Source: Gnetum montanum
Taxonomy: Eukaryota; Plantae; Gnetophyta
Assembly (NCBI GenBank): GCA_015680685.1
Contig: MNCI01002585.1
Span: forward strand, 118,351-182,350
Direction: 5' to 3'
Length of the DNA stretch: 64,000 bases
Part shown: piece by piece, positions 26,790-39,935 of the stretch
Numbering within the stretch: the stretch's first letter is position 1
How the letters are laid out: each line of letters opens with the position of its first letter
Program-made: the position numbers and the translations under genes
Notes under the pieces: generated by a model
What the model saw: only the letters and a program-made list of their open reading frames with translations
Told to the model about the DNA's origin: nothing
Database searches by the model: none

Positions 26790-27295
26790 ATCAACCATGT
26801 AAGTGCTTCCTCATCTTCAAAAGATTAGGAATGGTGTATGATCTATGTTGCATGATTTTGTATTTCCTATTTTCTTTGCTAGCCACGTTGAAGGGAGATC
26901 TTCCCATGGTGCATTCATGGTTTCATTGTTATTGGTTTTGACCTCTTCTACTCGATTAGGTTTCTTAACTTTGTAACTAAAAATAGGAGTTTCTTCCTAA
27001 AACTCCACTTTAGATCCTTCTTCTATGTCAACGTTGCTGACTACCAAAGGAACCACACTATTGTCATGGATAATTATTTCATCTCCCTTGTAAGGTAGGT
27101 GAATTTCTTGGTGGATGGATGAGGAAATAACTCATAACTAAGCTAGCCAGGGCCTTTCCAGGATGAAGTTAAATCCTAGTATCTCTTCCACCACCAAAAA
27201 ATTGATTGTTGTGGGGAGTTATTCCCCTACCACAAAGGCCAAAGAAATTGAACCTTTTAAGACAACCTAAGATTCATTAAAGGATTTAAGGATAG
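26790..27295 (-). pseudogene. C-terminal half of element A protease region (split by nested element)
   Basis: ILKSFNES...FLVVEEILGFNFILERPWLA*L*VISSSIHQEIHLPYKG. Homologous to 43020-43530 (+) and 62300-62790 (-). Confidence 0.85.
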
Positions 27296-28287
27296 TGATG
27301 AGACGTGATATCGCATAGGCCGTGATATCGCATACACGACATCGCAGCAGTTGCGATATCACATCCCATGCGATATCACGTACGCGATATCGCGGCAGTC
27401 ACGATATCACGTTGCCCCCTGCGATATCGCGTAAGCGATATCGCAGTCCGCTACCAAGTCTATAAATAAGAGGTGGCTCTCCCTTATTTCATCATCCTGN
27501 NNNNNNNNNNNNNNNNNNNNNNNNNNNNNNNNNNNNNNNNNNNNNNNNNNNNNNNNNNNNNNNNNNNNNNNNNNNNNNNNNNNNNNNNNNNNNNNNNNNN
27601 NNNNNNNNNNNNNNNNNNNNNNNNNNNNNNNNNNNNNNNNNNNNNNNNNNNNNNNNNNNNNNNNNNNNNNNNNNNNNNNNNNNNNNNNNNNNNNNNNNNN
27701 NNNNNNNNNNNNNNNNNNNNNNNNNNNNNNNNNNNNNNNCTAGTGGCGTATTCAGGATCTGCACTTGGTAATCCCAGTGGTAGTCATGGATAAAGATGTG
27801 TACGGTTAGTGAAGGAATCGACTGCTCATCACACTTAGGCTAGATTAGATTCTCTCAACCCTTTCCTCCTAGTTAAGTGCCTCAATACGACCACTTCGAG
27901 CACATGCGTTATGCTTGGTGATCCCAGCAACGATTAGCATTTGGTAGTCACGGTTGCATCGGTTCAGGGTGTGTACGGTAAGTAGGAACAGATGCTGATG
28001 CTAAGTTAATTTAGACTTAGTCATTAGTTAGAATTAGTACTTAGTTTCTCAACCCTTTACCTTGTTAGCATAGGATACATAAAACATAAAAGACTATAAA
28101 AATCATATACCTCGAACTTACTTAACCATACACCATGACAACTAAAAGTAAGTTTGGGAAGACAACAAATGATTAACCCCAAGCTTTCCATGGGGCGTGT
28201 AGGCACTTAGTCTGCGGAGTTCGACTAGATCGCGTGTGCTACGCTCGTTTTGTATGGTTGAGTGTAGGGGTACCTCGCCACTCATAA
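27296..28287 (+). repeat. 5' LTR of element E (contains N gap 27500-27739)
   Basis: Matches 33660-34490. TATA-like ctataaataag at ~27460. CGATATCG palindrome cluster 27305-27445. Confidence 0.9.
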
Positions 28288-28428
28288 TTGGCACCGTTGT
28301 TGGGGACTAAGTGTGTGTGCACTGAATTGAACATAAAGGATATCACTCACATCATTGGGAGCCTAAACGAACCTTCGGGTTAATTAAAGAAGAATTTATA
28401 TAACGGTAAAATTAGCACACCGATAATA

Positions 28429-31400
28429 ATGTCTTCTTCTCATAAGAGCAACTCACCACCTAAGGACCATACACGAGACAATCAACAACATAAAACACAA
28501 CCAAAATTAGCCAAGTCCTAAATAATACAAGATAGTCTATACTCATCCCGATGAGTATATTCCAAATTTTACTTTTATCCTCCATCAAGATGAACAGCTG
28601 CGATGGAGAGATTTGCAAGGTAACATAGTTTTACCTCTAGATCATGCAGTTCCAAACATGCTTCTTCATGCCTTGGCACAGATTAGCATGATAGAATTAT
28701 ACACTGAATACGTTGCAGAAGATTTTGACTCAAGGGATTATTATCCCACAGAAGCACAACATATGAGGAACTCAAGGAAGGAGAACCAACATACACTGTT
28801 GAAGGACAAAGAGGTCCCACACATCCTTAGTGAAACTAGAGATGGTGAACCATTTATAACTAGTTCGCTATCAAGAGATGTTCCACCTCTTAACAAAAGT
28901 AAGGAGGTAGGGTATCAGAACCTATGATCAATGATACATATCCCTGGTTCTGATGCTCGTGAACACCAATTGTTCATAGAGGGAACAACAACTTATGCTA
29001 AGGATGGGCACTTAGATCATCACCATGATCAGGGCCGTAGCAACCAAAGAGAAGGCAAGAAACATTGTCATGGCGATGGTTCCCCTTCTTCTTCCCCTTC
29101 TTCACATCACTCACCCTCTCCTTCCACATCTGGGCACAACCATCATGAACACAACGTAGAGGATAAAGGTAGAAAAAATGAGAGACCTCGATGAGAAATT
29201 TGAGAGAGAGGACAAGGGCAAAGATGTAGGGAAAGTAGGGAATGACGAAGACATCACAATCGTCATGAAGGAGATGATCATGATGAGCCCCTACTTGCAA
29301 CCCGAAGTATGCTTGACATAATGGAGGCTGTTAGAATTTCCACAAGGCATTTAAAAGATAGTTGGATCAAACGCTTAGACATGAACAACATCCCACAATT
29401 TGAAGGGGGATATAACACTGATCTGCAACATCATTTACAGGCATTCCACGGTGGCCTGTGCCTTGCAGAATATAGAAAATGAGTGGAAAAAACTTAAGTT
29501 GTTCCCAAGGACACTCACAAAGGAAGCAGAGAGCTAGTACCGGTTCTTAGAATTGGAAACCATCAGGAGGTGGAGTATGATGTTAGAACTATTCAACAAT
29601 AAGTATCAAACGTACTCCCGAGTGTCTAATTTACATAAGCAAATCCAAGGATGGAAGCAGGGTATTCATGAACCCCTTGGATGCTGCCATGGCCCACTAC
29701 TACACATTGTTACATCATTGCCTGGTCCATGGGTATGCTCAGAGGGATCAAGTTCACCACATCGTGGATGGGCTAAGGTATGAAACGAGAAGAACCCTTG
29801 GGACTTATGCCCAAGGGAGACTATCACAACTTAGAGCCCATGAAGTTCATCACTTGTTGGAACAAGTAGCAAAAGAAGAAGGGGAGCTATGCAAAAGGGA
29901 AAGTGTGTAAGAATACAACTGTGATCCCTCTCTTCGAAAGATGGGAGTGAAATTTTGCAATGAAGAGGATGAGTCACCAATCAAAGAGTTGGTGAACACA
30001 AAAACCTTGCCAATACAAAAGTTAACAATAGAAATAGTGGCTAAGGTAGATGATGTATGGAGTTCCTTAGACTCTAAAATTGAAACTGTCTTAAAAATTG
30101 TAGAAGAGTCTAAGGTAGAACAAAGTAGTGACAAAGGTAAGACAAAGTGGAGAGATTTAGGCCCTGCACATAACAAGGGTAAGGGAAAAATCACTAACTT
30201 CGATGTGGTTGTGGACTCTAACATAGACGATGACGGTGGATGTGAGATTTGCCACTATGACCATCCTAAGGGATGTTGCCCAATCATCTCACATCTACAA
30301 GAGTCTAGGGTGTATGCACTTAATCCAAGACTTAATCAATAGCAAACACCCCATAGGTTACCTTATCCCCAAAGTAACCTAAGGTAGTTCCACCAACCAT
30401 TAACGTATTATCCAAGTGGAACTCCACCACAACCCATCAGGCAACATCAGCAGTGGCAATACCCACAGTCATGGGGGATGCCATCACCGAAACATCAATA
30501 CCCTTACCAATAGCCTGACCCTTATGGATATTATGTGCAGTAGCTGATTTCTCCAAGTGACTCTATGAGTCACACAACTCCCCACCATCACTACCAAGTT
30601 CGGGAGTACTTCAAAAGGACTCCTTCTCCTCCGGGAGACACTCCATACCTACACCATCCTCCAAATCCATCTGCACCTCTTCCACCAGTAGTTCCCATAA
30701 CACCTCCTACTCCAAAAATGCAAGGAAAACTCCCTACTCAACTGCAGCAATGTAACGCTGCGAGAGGTGTAAATATCCAACCTGCTACTGGTTCTAAAAA
30801 CTATAAAAAGAGAAGACCTTTCTTCAAAACCAAAAGCCCAAACAAATTGTGGGAATAATAAGCGGTTGAGTCTAGGTACACTCCTCCATCATCTAACACT
30901 TCGGAGCACCCTTTAGTCCAACAGAGCTTAACGCATACGGTTATGTTAATGCATACCGTAACCGATTGGATCAAGGTAGGCCACCTTCCCAAGAAACCAA
31001 CTGATCCTAGAAGCCCCTTAATCTATTTACAAATCACCGGGAACGAACCACATAAGGCTCTTCTTGACTCAGGTTCCGGAGTCAATTTAATATCACGGGA
31101 AATGTATCAAGCTTGGAACCTGCCCCAACTTAAGAAGAGTAACATTCAACTAGAGCTGGCAAATCAGTCCATCACCATTCCCTTGGGAGATTGGTGGAGG
31201 ACATTGTTACCACTGTGTGTAGTTGGTCCTACCCAGCTGACTTCCTGGTGATTGAAGTTAATAACAATGAAGGGGACTTCCCAATTATAATGGGAAGGAC
31301 ATGGCTTAGTATAGTAGATGCATGCCTTAGGATCTACGATCTTTCCTTGGAAATCTCTAAGATAAATATTTATGGAAAGATCGAGAAGAGGAAAGTTCCA

Positions 31401-31574
31401 TGCATCACATACAGTGATTCATCAGGTGATGGCATGGAGGAAATGCCTCCATGCAATAGGTGTGCCCTTGAATTTTTGAAACAAAGATGCCTGTATGTAG
31501 CAACCACACAACAAGTAGTAGACACCCCGTGGTTTACAGCTACTCGAAAGAGCAAACAAATATGCATGGAATGA
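28429..31574 (+). pseudogene. gag: Degenerate gag-protease of element E
   Basis: IPQFEGGYNTDLQHHLQAF; CEICHYDHPKGCC; protease KALLDSGSGVNLI...YPADFLVI...FPIIMGRTWL. Stops and frameshifts; no RT/INT. Confidence 0.88.
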
Positions 31575-33659
31575 ACTGAGGAGACAAACCATGCCAATAA
31601 TAAAGGCATAGACACGTTGGAATATGAACATCACCAACTCCCACCCCTCAACCTAAGATCATCAATTTGGAGGAGTTGGGCACTTCTACGAAGACGTTCA
31701 TTATTTCGGATCTCCCCCTTGCAATTTAGTCATGGGGGAGATGGCCACTTATGCTAATCATCTTGGGCCCTCAGTTCTTTTTACGTTTTTGTTTTACAAA
31801 TTTCTTTAACTTTTCTAGTTTTTGTTTTACAACTTTCTTTAAATTTTCTTGTTTTTTTTACAACATCATTATACTTTTCCACTTTGTGTGTGTGTGTGTG
31901 ATCCACCTTGTAAGTTTGTCACACAATAAGTGTTCGAAATGATGGTATGAACTATTTTCATGTTGATTGCTAATGTTTGGTTTTTACCTTTAAGTCACAA
32001 TGTTGATACTAAGGTATGTTTCTTTTGATATGACAGGCAATGAGTTCACCTCATCCATTCATCCACCAATTTCTATGGTCTCTCTCGGCTTGGAAATGTA
32101 CAGTCCCCTTCTAATAAGAACTTTAATGAATCAGTGACTAGGCATTTCTCAAACTAAGGAAGGACTCGAGGATTGAAACGGGTGTGACTTCAAGGGAACT
32201 TGATGCTTTTGTATTGGCCATTCTCTTGGGTGCTTGGATGTTTTATTTTTGAATTTTCTCATCATTCCGATGTTACCCCAATTATCGAAAGTTGAGACAA
32301 TAAAAATAAAAAGTCTTTGCATGGTGTGGTTCTCATGCATAAAAACACAAAACATAAAAAAAAAAACTAAGTAAGAATTCAAATCACACCCCTTAGACGA
32401 AATAAACTTGGGCTACAAGCACTGGTTATGGAACCAAAAGTGTTCCCTCTAACTAAGGTCCTTCTCGCTTCCCATTCTCTCTTTTGTTTCGTCGGAATGG
32501 TGGTGACTCTTGGGGAAGGCATCCTTGTTATCCAAGTGGATGGTTTAGTCGAATGCATTTATGCAAATTCACTGGATGTGGTTGGTTTGAGGCCAGACTT
32601 GGAATGGGATTTGCTAAGTCACATTAATCATGAAACACACAAGGGGCTGTACACCACCTTATTCTTGGAATTCCATTCCATCCTCTTCTCTCCACCCTTC
32701 TCTCCATTGTTCACCTCATTGCCGGTTGTATCATTAATGTATATATTTTGGTAGATGCATTGTTTTCTTTTTGGTAAATTCTTCTGGTTAAGACTTTAAC
32801 TCTTGTTCCAAATAACATTCTCAGAGCCTACGGACTCTTTGAATGTGGGTTTGTCAGGGCATTAAGGGCATGAGCCTACTTTGGGGAGGACCCACTGACA
32901 TTCCTCTTTGGTGCACCAGTTAACTTCTTTTCCCTAACATTTTTGCAATCTATTTTATTTTGTTCATTTCCATCTTGACATCCATTTCATCGATGCTATA
33001 GTTGTCTCTTTTTATCTATCTTTCTTACTCCTTTTCTTTCTCCATTCTAACGCTACCAGAGGTTCACGATTAGTCATGGGGGTACGGGGCCCGATTTTTT
33101 CAATTTTATCTTAGCCCCAAATTTTTTTGATTTTTTTCCTAACCCCTACACCTTCGGTAGTCATCAGTATTATATCTTTCAGATCCGCAATCAGCCATAC
33201 CACAACCTAGCCAATGGACTTACACCGAAGCAAGGTATTAATTACATGATCATTCATTTACGCTTGCTAATATCATATTGTGTTGTGTGTGCAAATGACA
33301 ATCATGCAACAACGGATTGGATCTGGAGCAAACACTGGGAATGGAGCAGTGCTGGAAGAAGCTATGTAAGAAGCAAGATTGATAATGTGCTTACAAATGA
33401 ACAATGGAAGGTGCAATCTTGGTGTTGGCAATAGCAACACTTCTTTCTCTCTCTCTCTCTTTCTCAACTGCCAACTAAAGCCTGATGTCATCGTAATAAG
33501 GTGTTCACCCTTGTTTTCATGAACACCAGTTTTGTCAAGTCTTGTAATGATGATCCGTTCACATGTCATCCCATTAGTTCCATTCCCCTCAATAATCCCA
33601 TACCTTCCCAATATTTTGTAAGGAACTAGAGGACGAGTTTTCATTCAGTCATGGGGGTA

Positions 33660-34490
33660 TGATGAGACGCGATATCGCAGCAATCGCGATATTGCAGTCT
33701 ACCACCAAGTCTATAAATAAGAGGCAACTCTCCCTTATTTCATCATCCTGAGTTAGAAGTAGGGAAACTTTGGCAGTTTGATCACTCCAGAGATAGAATA
33801 TTTTTCCATGTGCCCGTAGTAGAAGTCCTAAAGTAAACGGATCTTTATTCGAGTAATATTATACCTAAACACAAGTTGTGTACGGCAATAAAGACGAACT
33901 TCCTAGATAAACCTTGCAGTGCATGAAATAGGATTTTATTTATTGCTTTCTCTCTCACCCTTAAACTCCATAATGCGGTATGAGTACGACTTGATTATGA
34001 GCATCTAAGGATGTGTACGAATAGTCAAGGAATCGGTTGCTCATCGCAACACAGTATGAGTACGACTTGATTACGAGCATCTAGTGTGACTACTTGGTAA
34101 CCCAGTGGCATATTCAAGATCTGTGCTTGGTAATCCTAGAGGTAGTCGTGCATAAAGATGTGTACAGTTAGTCAAGGAATCGACTACTCATCGCACTTAG
34201 GCTAGATTAGATTCTCTCAACCCTTTCCTCCTAGTTAAGTGCCTTAGTNTCTCAACCCTTCACCTTGTTAGCATAGGAGACATAAAACATAAAAGACTAT
34301 AAAAATCATATACTTCGGACTTACTTAACCATACACCGTGACAACTACAAGTAAGTCTAGGAAGACAACGAATGATTAACCCCAAGTGTTCCATGGGGCG
34401 TGTAGGCACTTAGTTTGTGGAGTTCGACCAGATCACACGTTCTATGCTCATTTCGTATGGTTGAATGTAGGGGTACCTCGCCACTCATCA
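33660..34490 (+). repeat. 3' LTR of element E
   Basis: Follows the PPT; ends gggtacctcgccactcatca. Confidence 0.92.
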
Positions 34491-37400
34491 GGCAAAAGTT
34501 AAGATATATTTCATGTGTTTCGTTAGGCCCAAACATTTGAAAATGGTATAGGATATTACATAGATGGCCACCCCATCATCCATGTGCATCCTATGTACCT
34601 TTTATTGCCCCACTCTTATCATTATGAAGAGAGGATTCTTAACTTGCTTACCATCCTAGGAATTGTTCTTGACCTCACTATCATAGAACACTAGTGCTAG
34701 TGACTTTGTTTTTTCCTTTGGTAAAGGTTATAACATTACAACATTAATGGACTCTTCACTAGGAAGGATGTCCTCGCTAATAGGAATAAAAGTTAACATT
34801 TTTACTAGTGCCTCGTAGTGTGTAGCAGAAGTCATTACCAAGTCATACAGACTAAGGAAAGTGTTCTTTTGTTTTAGTAACTATTTGACATATTACATTG
34901 CATTAAGGAATTCCTTATCATTAGTCATTGGTTTTTTATTCTTATTGGCTTTGAATTTATCCATGCATCCTAAGATGCAAACTTCATGTTTCAATAATTA
35001 TGATTTGGCCTCTTTCCCCTTCCCTTGTAACTTGGGATCCTCTCGTGTTTAGCTCGTTGAAGTCACTTGAACATTAGAGCTCATGGGAATATATGAAATA
35101 GGGGCGGACTTTAGTAGGCCCACCTCCTTTCATGCCTTGGCCTACTTGTTATCTTTGTTCTTAGGCTTTAGCACAAACTTCTTGAATTATTTACTTGGTG
35201 ATTTCTTATTGTGTTTGGGTTGAGAAGAAGCCATTGCACTAGCAACCACAGGGGCATGCTATTTGGTTGTAGTGGTAGGTTTGGCTATAGCAAGAGGGGG
35301 CACCCTCACAAAAGTATCCTTGGGAGGCATTAGTGATGGTACCCTTACAACAAAGGGGGTCCTTAAAATAGTCGAAGTTAAAGGGCCCCTTTCATTATGA
35401 GGAGGTACCTAAATCACAAATGGCTCTCATGCAGGTCTTAGATTGTTGCTCACATTGAATGCTTCTATGGTATATGGATTGTTGTTAGTATTCAATGGTT
35501 TCTTGTATACCTACATGGATTGGTTTTTTAGCCTAACTAGATTGGAGGCATCAAGGACCAACTCCCTATTATTTATCATCTTCTATAGGTCATCATTTTG
35601 GGCTAGGCATAACTCAATATCATGACTTGGAAATTGATGATAGTGGTAGTAATAGTCAAGTTTAAAGTACTTAGGTACTAGTGAGTCATCCTTGGTTGCT
35701 AGAGTAGGGTTCTTTGTAATTTTTCATAATCAGTCATACATCTTGGAAGCATTCTCAATTATTTGTTTATATTGGATTCTCCCACTCTTTAGAAACTAGT
35801 CTAGGAGTTTAAATGGTTTCATCAGAAACTATTGTATTTAGACCAATATTTCCTTTCAAAATTGGACCTTTTGTTGCCTATTTTAGAGGCTCAAAATGTT
35901 GATGATTTGTTATTAGTGGTATGGACCTTAGGTTTCTTTGTTTTAGGCACCTACATGGTTTTGGTTTCTTTGGCCATAGTGGCCATGGCTACATTATCTT
36001 GCCTTCACTTCTACTTATCTTTTCATGTATGTTATGTTTTGTACATAACATATTTAGGGTCATGGTTGGCCTTAGTGGCATCCTCTATGTTCTTGGTTTG
36101 TGAAAAGGGTTAGCTAAATTAACTTAGATCTAGGTAGTAAAGTTTAGACTTAACAAAGTCCTTACCTATTCTCTTGAATATAGCAAGAAGGTGGGTCTTA
36201 GCTATGAGCTCTGGAATCTCATTGAAAAGAGAATTCCATCATTTTATGATTTTTTGTATAGGCTCAAGGGATTACTACTTTGACATTCATTAGTTGATCA
36301 AGTGTTGTGTTGGGTTTGAAGTTATACTTAAAATGGTTAACAAAATGTGATATTAAATCCTCAAGTGAGGATATAAATCCTCTTGGTAATGTGCAGTACT
36401 AGTCCAAGGCTTTCCCAGTAAGGAACATAGGAAAGATCCACATTATGATATGCAGCTAGGCTTGTAGTAGCAAATACTCAAAATGAAAGGTAATAAGGTG
36501 AGCATTGGGGTCATCCTCACCATTGTACTTAGTGAATTGAGGTATGGGAATGCCAGGGGAAAGAGTTATCTATGGGAGAGTAGGACTAATAGGATTTTCC
36601 TAGTAAAAATTCATTATTTTCACTATCTAGGTAGTTAATGCTTTAAACTTCTATAACTCTTCTATCAAGTCTTGGATCATTTGAAAGGCCTGATCTAGGC
36701 CTTGAGGCATTTCCATGGGTTGTGGGCTTTGTACGAATGGTTGAGGTATGAGTTGAGAGGCTTGTGGCCTTGCGATAGGCTACAATATGGAAGGGAGAGG
36801 TTGGGTCATCATTATTGTGGATGGGAAAAATAACAAAAAAGAGGTTTTTTGTTGGTATTTAGGGAAAGAAGGGGACAAATAATGTTTGTGATGCTTGGGT
36901 TCTTGGGATCCCACTATTAGGCCCACTACTATGGAGAAGGGATTGGCAATGGTAAAAGCTATTAGAGACGATCATGCAGTTCAAGGTTGCATGGAAAAGG
37001 ACATAGAGAATCATAGGAAAGCCATTTCAAATATAGATTATCCCTAGTGGACCATTATGAAAGATGCTAGTCCAAACATGGTAGGGTACATTGGAGATAA
37101 GGGTTGAGGCATCTACCCCACATAAGGGATAGGCAAGGTTAAAGTAGATGTGGTTTTTTGAGCAACAGATTGTTGGAAGAGGCTCCCTATGAATTTTTTA
37201 GGCTCTAGCTTGACCTTGAATTCATCATGCTCCTCATGTTGCATAGATGAATTGAGCTTCTTGATTTGCTCATCCATCTCAATTAGTTGAGATAGGATGT
37301 ATGTATGAGTGTCATTTAATGTTATTTTATCATAGGAGGAGGGTATCTACTCCTTTCAATTTCAATAAATTAGCTCATATTCATGTTTAGCCTCAACCTC

Positions 37401-37578
37401 CATTCATGGAATAAGGAGGTAGCTTGGATTTTCACACAAATGAAGTTATAGTAATGAAATCTTCATTCATGATGGCAAAATCTGGGCTTTGCCCTATTAG
37501 TTTGAGTAATTGCCTACGCTCAGGCATGGTAGGATCTTTCAGGTCATAAACCCTCATAGTATCTTAGTTGGAAGCCAT
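34491..37578 (-). pseudogene. gag: Degenerate gag and N-terminal protease of element A
   Basis: IPIPQFTKYNGEDDPNAHLITF...IFPMFLTGKALD(W)YCTLPRGFISSLEDLISHFVNHF (36550-36340); MHMDDGVA protease motif (~34565-34590). ATG at 37578 is homologous to ATG 39936 of copy B. Confidence 0.85.
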
Positions 37579-38353
37579 ATCAACTAGTTAAGGAACAAGA
37601 CATTTGATTACATGAAAGACATTGTAAAATATTTAAATTTTTTTTAATAATTTTTATAATTTATTAGTTAAATAAAATTTCCAGCAAGTGAAATTATCCA
37701 AGGCTCAAGAGGGGTATGGTTAAAAAATGTTGTAAACTACAACTGCAACTGTAGTGTAGGTTGTAGTGATAGGGGTATGCCTTGAACTTGAGAAAAATAC
37801 AATAGTTTTGATGTTGAAAAAGCCAACTATGCTAGATCTAGTAGCAAGAGATATGCTAGAGATGAGAAAGAGGGTAAGGGATTAACAATTATCTTACCCA
37901 CTTGCACTACATTTTGGTTCCCCCTCTTTGCAAAAATAATGTTCATTTTGAAAAAAAGTAAGTGTAAAATTTGTATTTCTTTTAAAGGTTAGGTTTATGT
38001 TTAGAGAAGGGCCAATGCTAGCTTTCTTGAAAAATTTCATAGTAGGGTGATTTAAGTGGATGTGACATGGCAACATTGGTCTTTGAAACATGCAAAAGAA
38101 ATTTTTACTGACAACCATACTAACCTTAAAAAGTACAATTGTTGTAAAATTTTTTTGAAAATCCAAATCACCTACAACCACAACGCTAGGTTTTGGTGGC
38201 AAGAAGATGGGTGGCAACATTGGTTTTCCTTGTAGGTTTATTGATAATAAAGTTTAAATGATTTTTTTGTAACCTTAAGGTTTTTGATTTACCAAAAATT
38301 CTTGTGAAAGGGTTAAAATAGGATTGGACAAAGAAGTTGGATGGAGGTTTAGG

Positions 38354-38370
38354 CCCTCCTTCTAGCACCA
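38354..38370 (-). promoter_or_regulatory. Primer-binding site of element A
   Basis: Minus strand ...ACA-T7-TGGTGCTAGAAGGAGGG directly after the LTR end; TGGCGCTAGAAGGAGGG-type PBS as in Tat-clade elements. Confidence 0.8.
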
Positions 38371-38377
38371 AAAAAAA

Positions 38378-39530
38378 TGTTATGTCTAAGAAATTCGATA
38401 GTTAGAAAAATCACAAATCCCAGATGAAAAACAATTTTAACCTTGAATCCCAAGGACCTCTAAGAAAGAGGATCTTATGCACCATGGATGGTCTTCTCAA
38501 TTACCCAAGGACTTGAAAAGTATAAATGGGAGGTAAAAAAAACTATGAAAATAATGCAAATCTAATCTAGAAATGAATGGACAAAATAAAATTGTGATAA
38601 CTTGCACAACAAAAGAACTCTAAAATTTATTATAATAATAAAATATTATATATAAATATAGTTTGAAATGTGTACAAATGATGTGCAAATGCATAAGGGG
38701 TTCACTTTGATGAAGTCCAAAGCTTGTTGAAACTCATAATTTTCATGCTACATTGATCCCCATGATCTAGGTCCTTTATAACTCTCAAAACTGAAACACC
38801 TTGCTAGTTTCTTATCTAGATCTACAATGTTGATCATAAGTAGGGGGGTGTGGGGTGAGAGGTTTAGATGTGTAAATAACTTTTGTGGTAAAGGGGGTTC
38901 TATGCTAAGATCTTTGTAGCTAGTTGTACATTGCTTCAAAAATATCATACAATCCTCAAAGGTCACAACTTCTTGGGGTTATCATAGGTTCTCATACTCA
39001 AGAATTTTCAAATTTTTTTTGATGCCAAAAAATTCAAAAGCAGAAGAACATGTTCAAGGTATTTAAGACATGCTTTTATAGGTTGTATGACTGTTGATTT
39101 TTGGTTACTAATTTTTACCATGATTACAAATAGATTGGCATCACATGTAGGTGTGACAACCATTTATGCTAGGTTTTGATACCCCTAAGGCACTAAAACC
39201 ATGGTGATAACCATAAATAGTAAAAAGACTTTTCAACTATGCTAGATTCTTCCACCAACTCTGGTCTTTTAGCAGCAACATTGGAGCTATTGAAACAATG
39301 TTGAAATTTGCTAAAAATGGAAATCCCAACCACTCCAATGCTAGCCTAGTGTAGTAATGCAAAAGGTTATTAGTAACTATGCTGGCCATTGTTGGAAAGA
39401 TGGAAATCAAACCTCTCATTGTTGGATATGGATGTTTCCATCATACTAATGATCATACTTCCCATAATAACCCATGAAAATGACAATTTTGCTAGTCATA
39501 AAGGGTGCTTTTTACATATGTTAAAGTCCA
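38378..39530 (-). repeat. 5' LTR of element A (possibly slightly truncated)
   Basis: Direct repeat of 12622-13760. Homology stops at aagtcca (39530). Confidence 0.8.
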
Positions 39531-39569
39531 TTTTTATTTTTCCAATGTTGTTGCTCATGTTAGAAAAAA

Positions 39570-39830
39570 AATTTCATTACAGTTGTAGTTCATATGTTAG
39601 AGCTTCACACATTATATTTTTTACACGTTAGAGCTCTCACAAGTCATATCTCCTACTAACTATAGCTTTACAAGCTGCAATTTTCACACATTATAACCTC
39701 CACATGCTATAGCTCCAAAATTATAGCTTCATAAGCTACAACTTCCACAAGTTGCACTCTCACACATTGGAAGTCCCACACACTAAGATCTTTACATGTT
39801 GGATGAATCACATGTTGGGAGCTTTAAACC
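39570..39830. repeat. Degenerate ~16-17 bp tandem repeat (gttagagctccacac-like) in the leader of element B
   Basis: Recurrent tagagcttcacac/tagagctctcac/tatagctccaa units. Confidence 0.5.
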
Positions 39831-39935
39831 TTATTTAAAGCATTTAAAACCATTGCCAAGTTCACACAGCATGTTGGCCTTATACTATTTATGCCTTTTC
39901 ATCACTCAATTGTCTTATAACATAATATTATTCAT

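Larger units (their letters stand above)
27296..34490 (+). mobile_element. Element E: complete non-autonomous Athila-like LTR element (gag + protease only), nested in the protease of A
   Basis: LTRs 27296-28287 and 33660-34490 (TGATGAG...CTCAT(C/A)A). PBS tggcaccgttgttgggga at 28289-28306 (Athila tRNA-Asp type, decayed). PPT cagtcatgggggta. Flanks rejoin into a continuous protease. Confidence 0.92.
12622..39530 (-). mobile_element. Element A: giant Tat-clade (Ogre/Retand-like) Ty3/gypsy retrotransposon, ~19.7 kb without the nested insert
   Basis: Direct repeats 12622-13760 and 38378-39530; PBS at 38354-38370. Minus-strand order gag, PR, [antisense gene + repeat array], RT, RH, aRH, INT, GPY/F. 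Confidence 0.75.

Noticed and set aside
27473-27793. ORFs spanning X residues
   Set aside because: Artefact of the 240-N gap inside an LTR.
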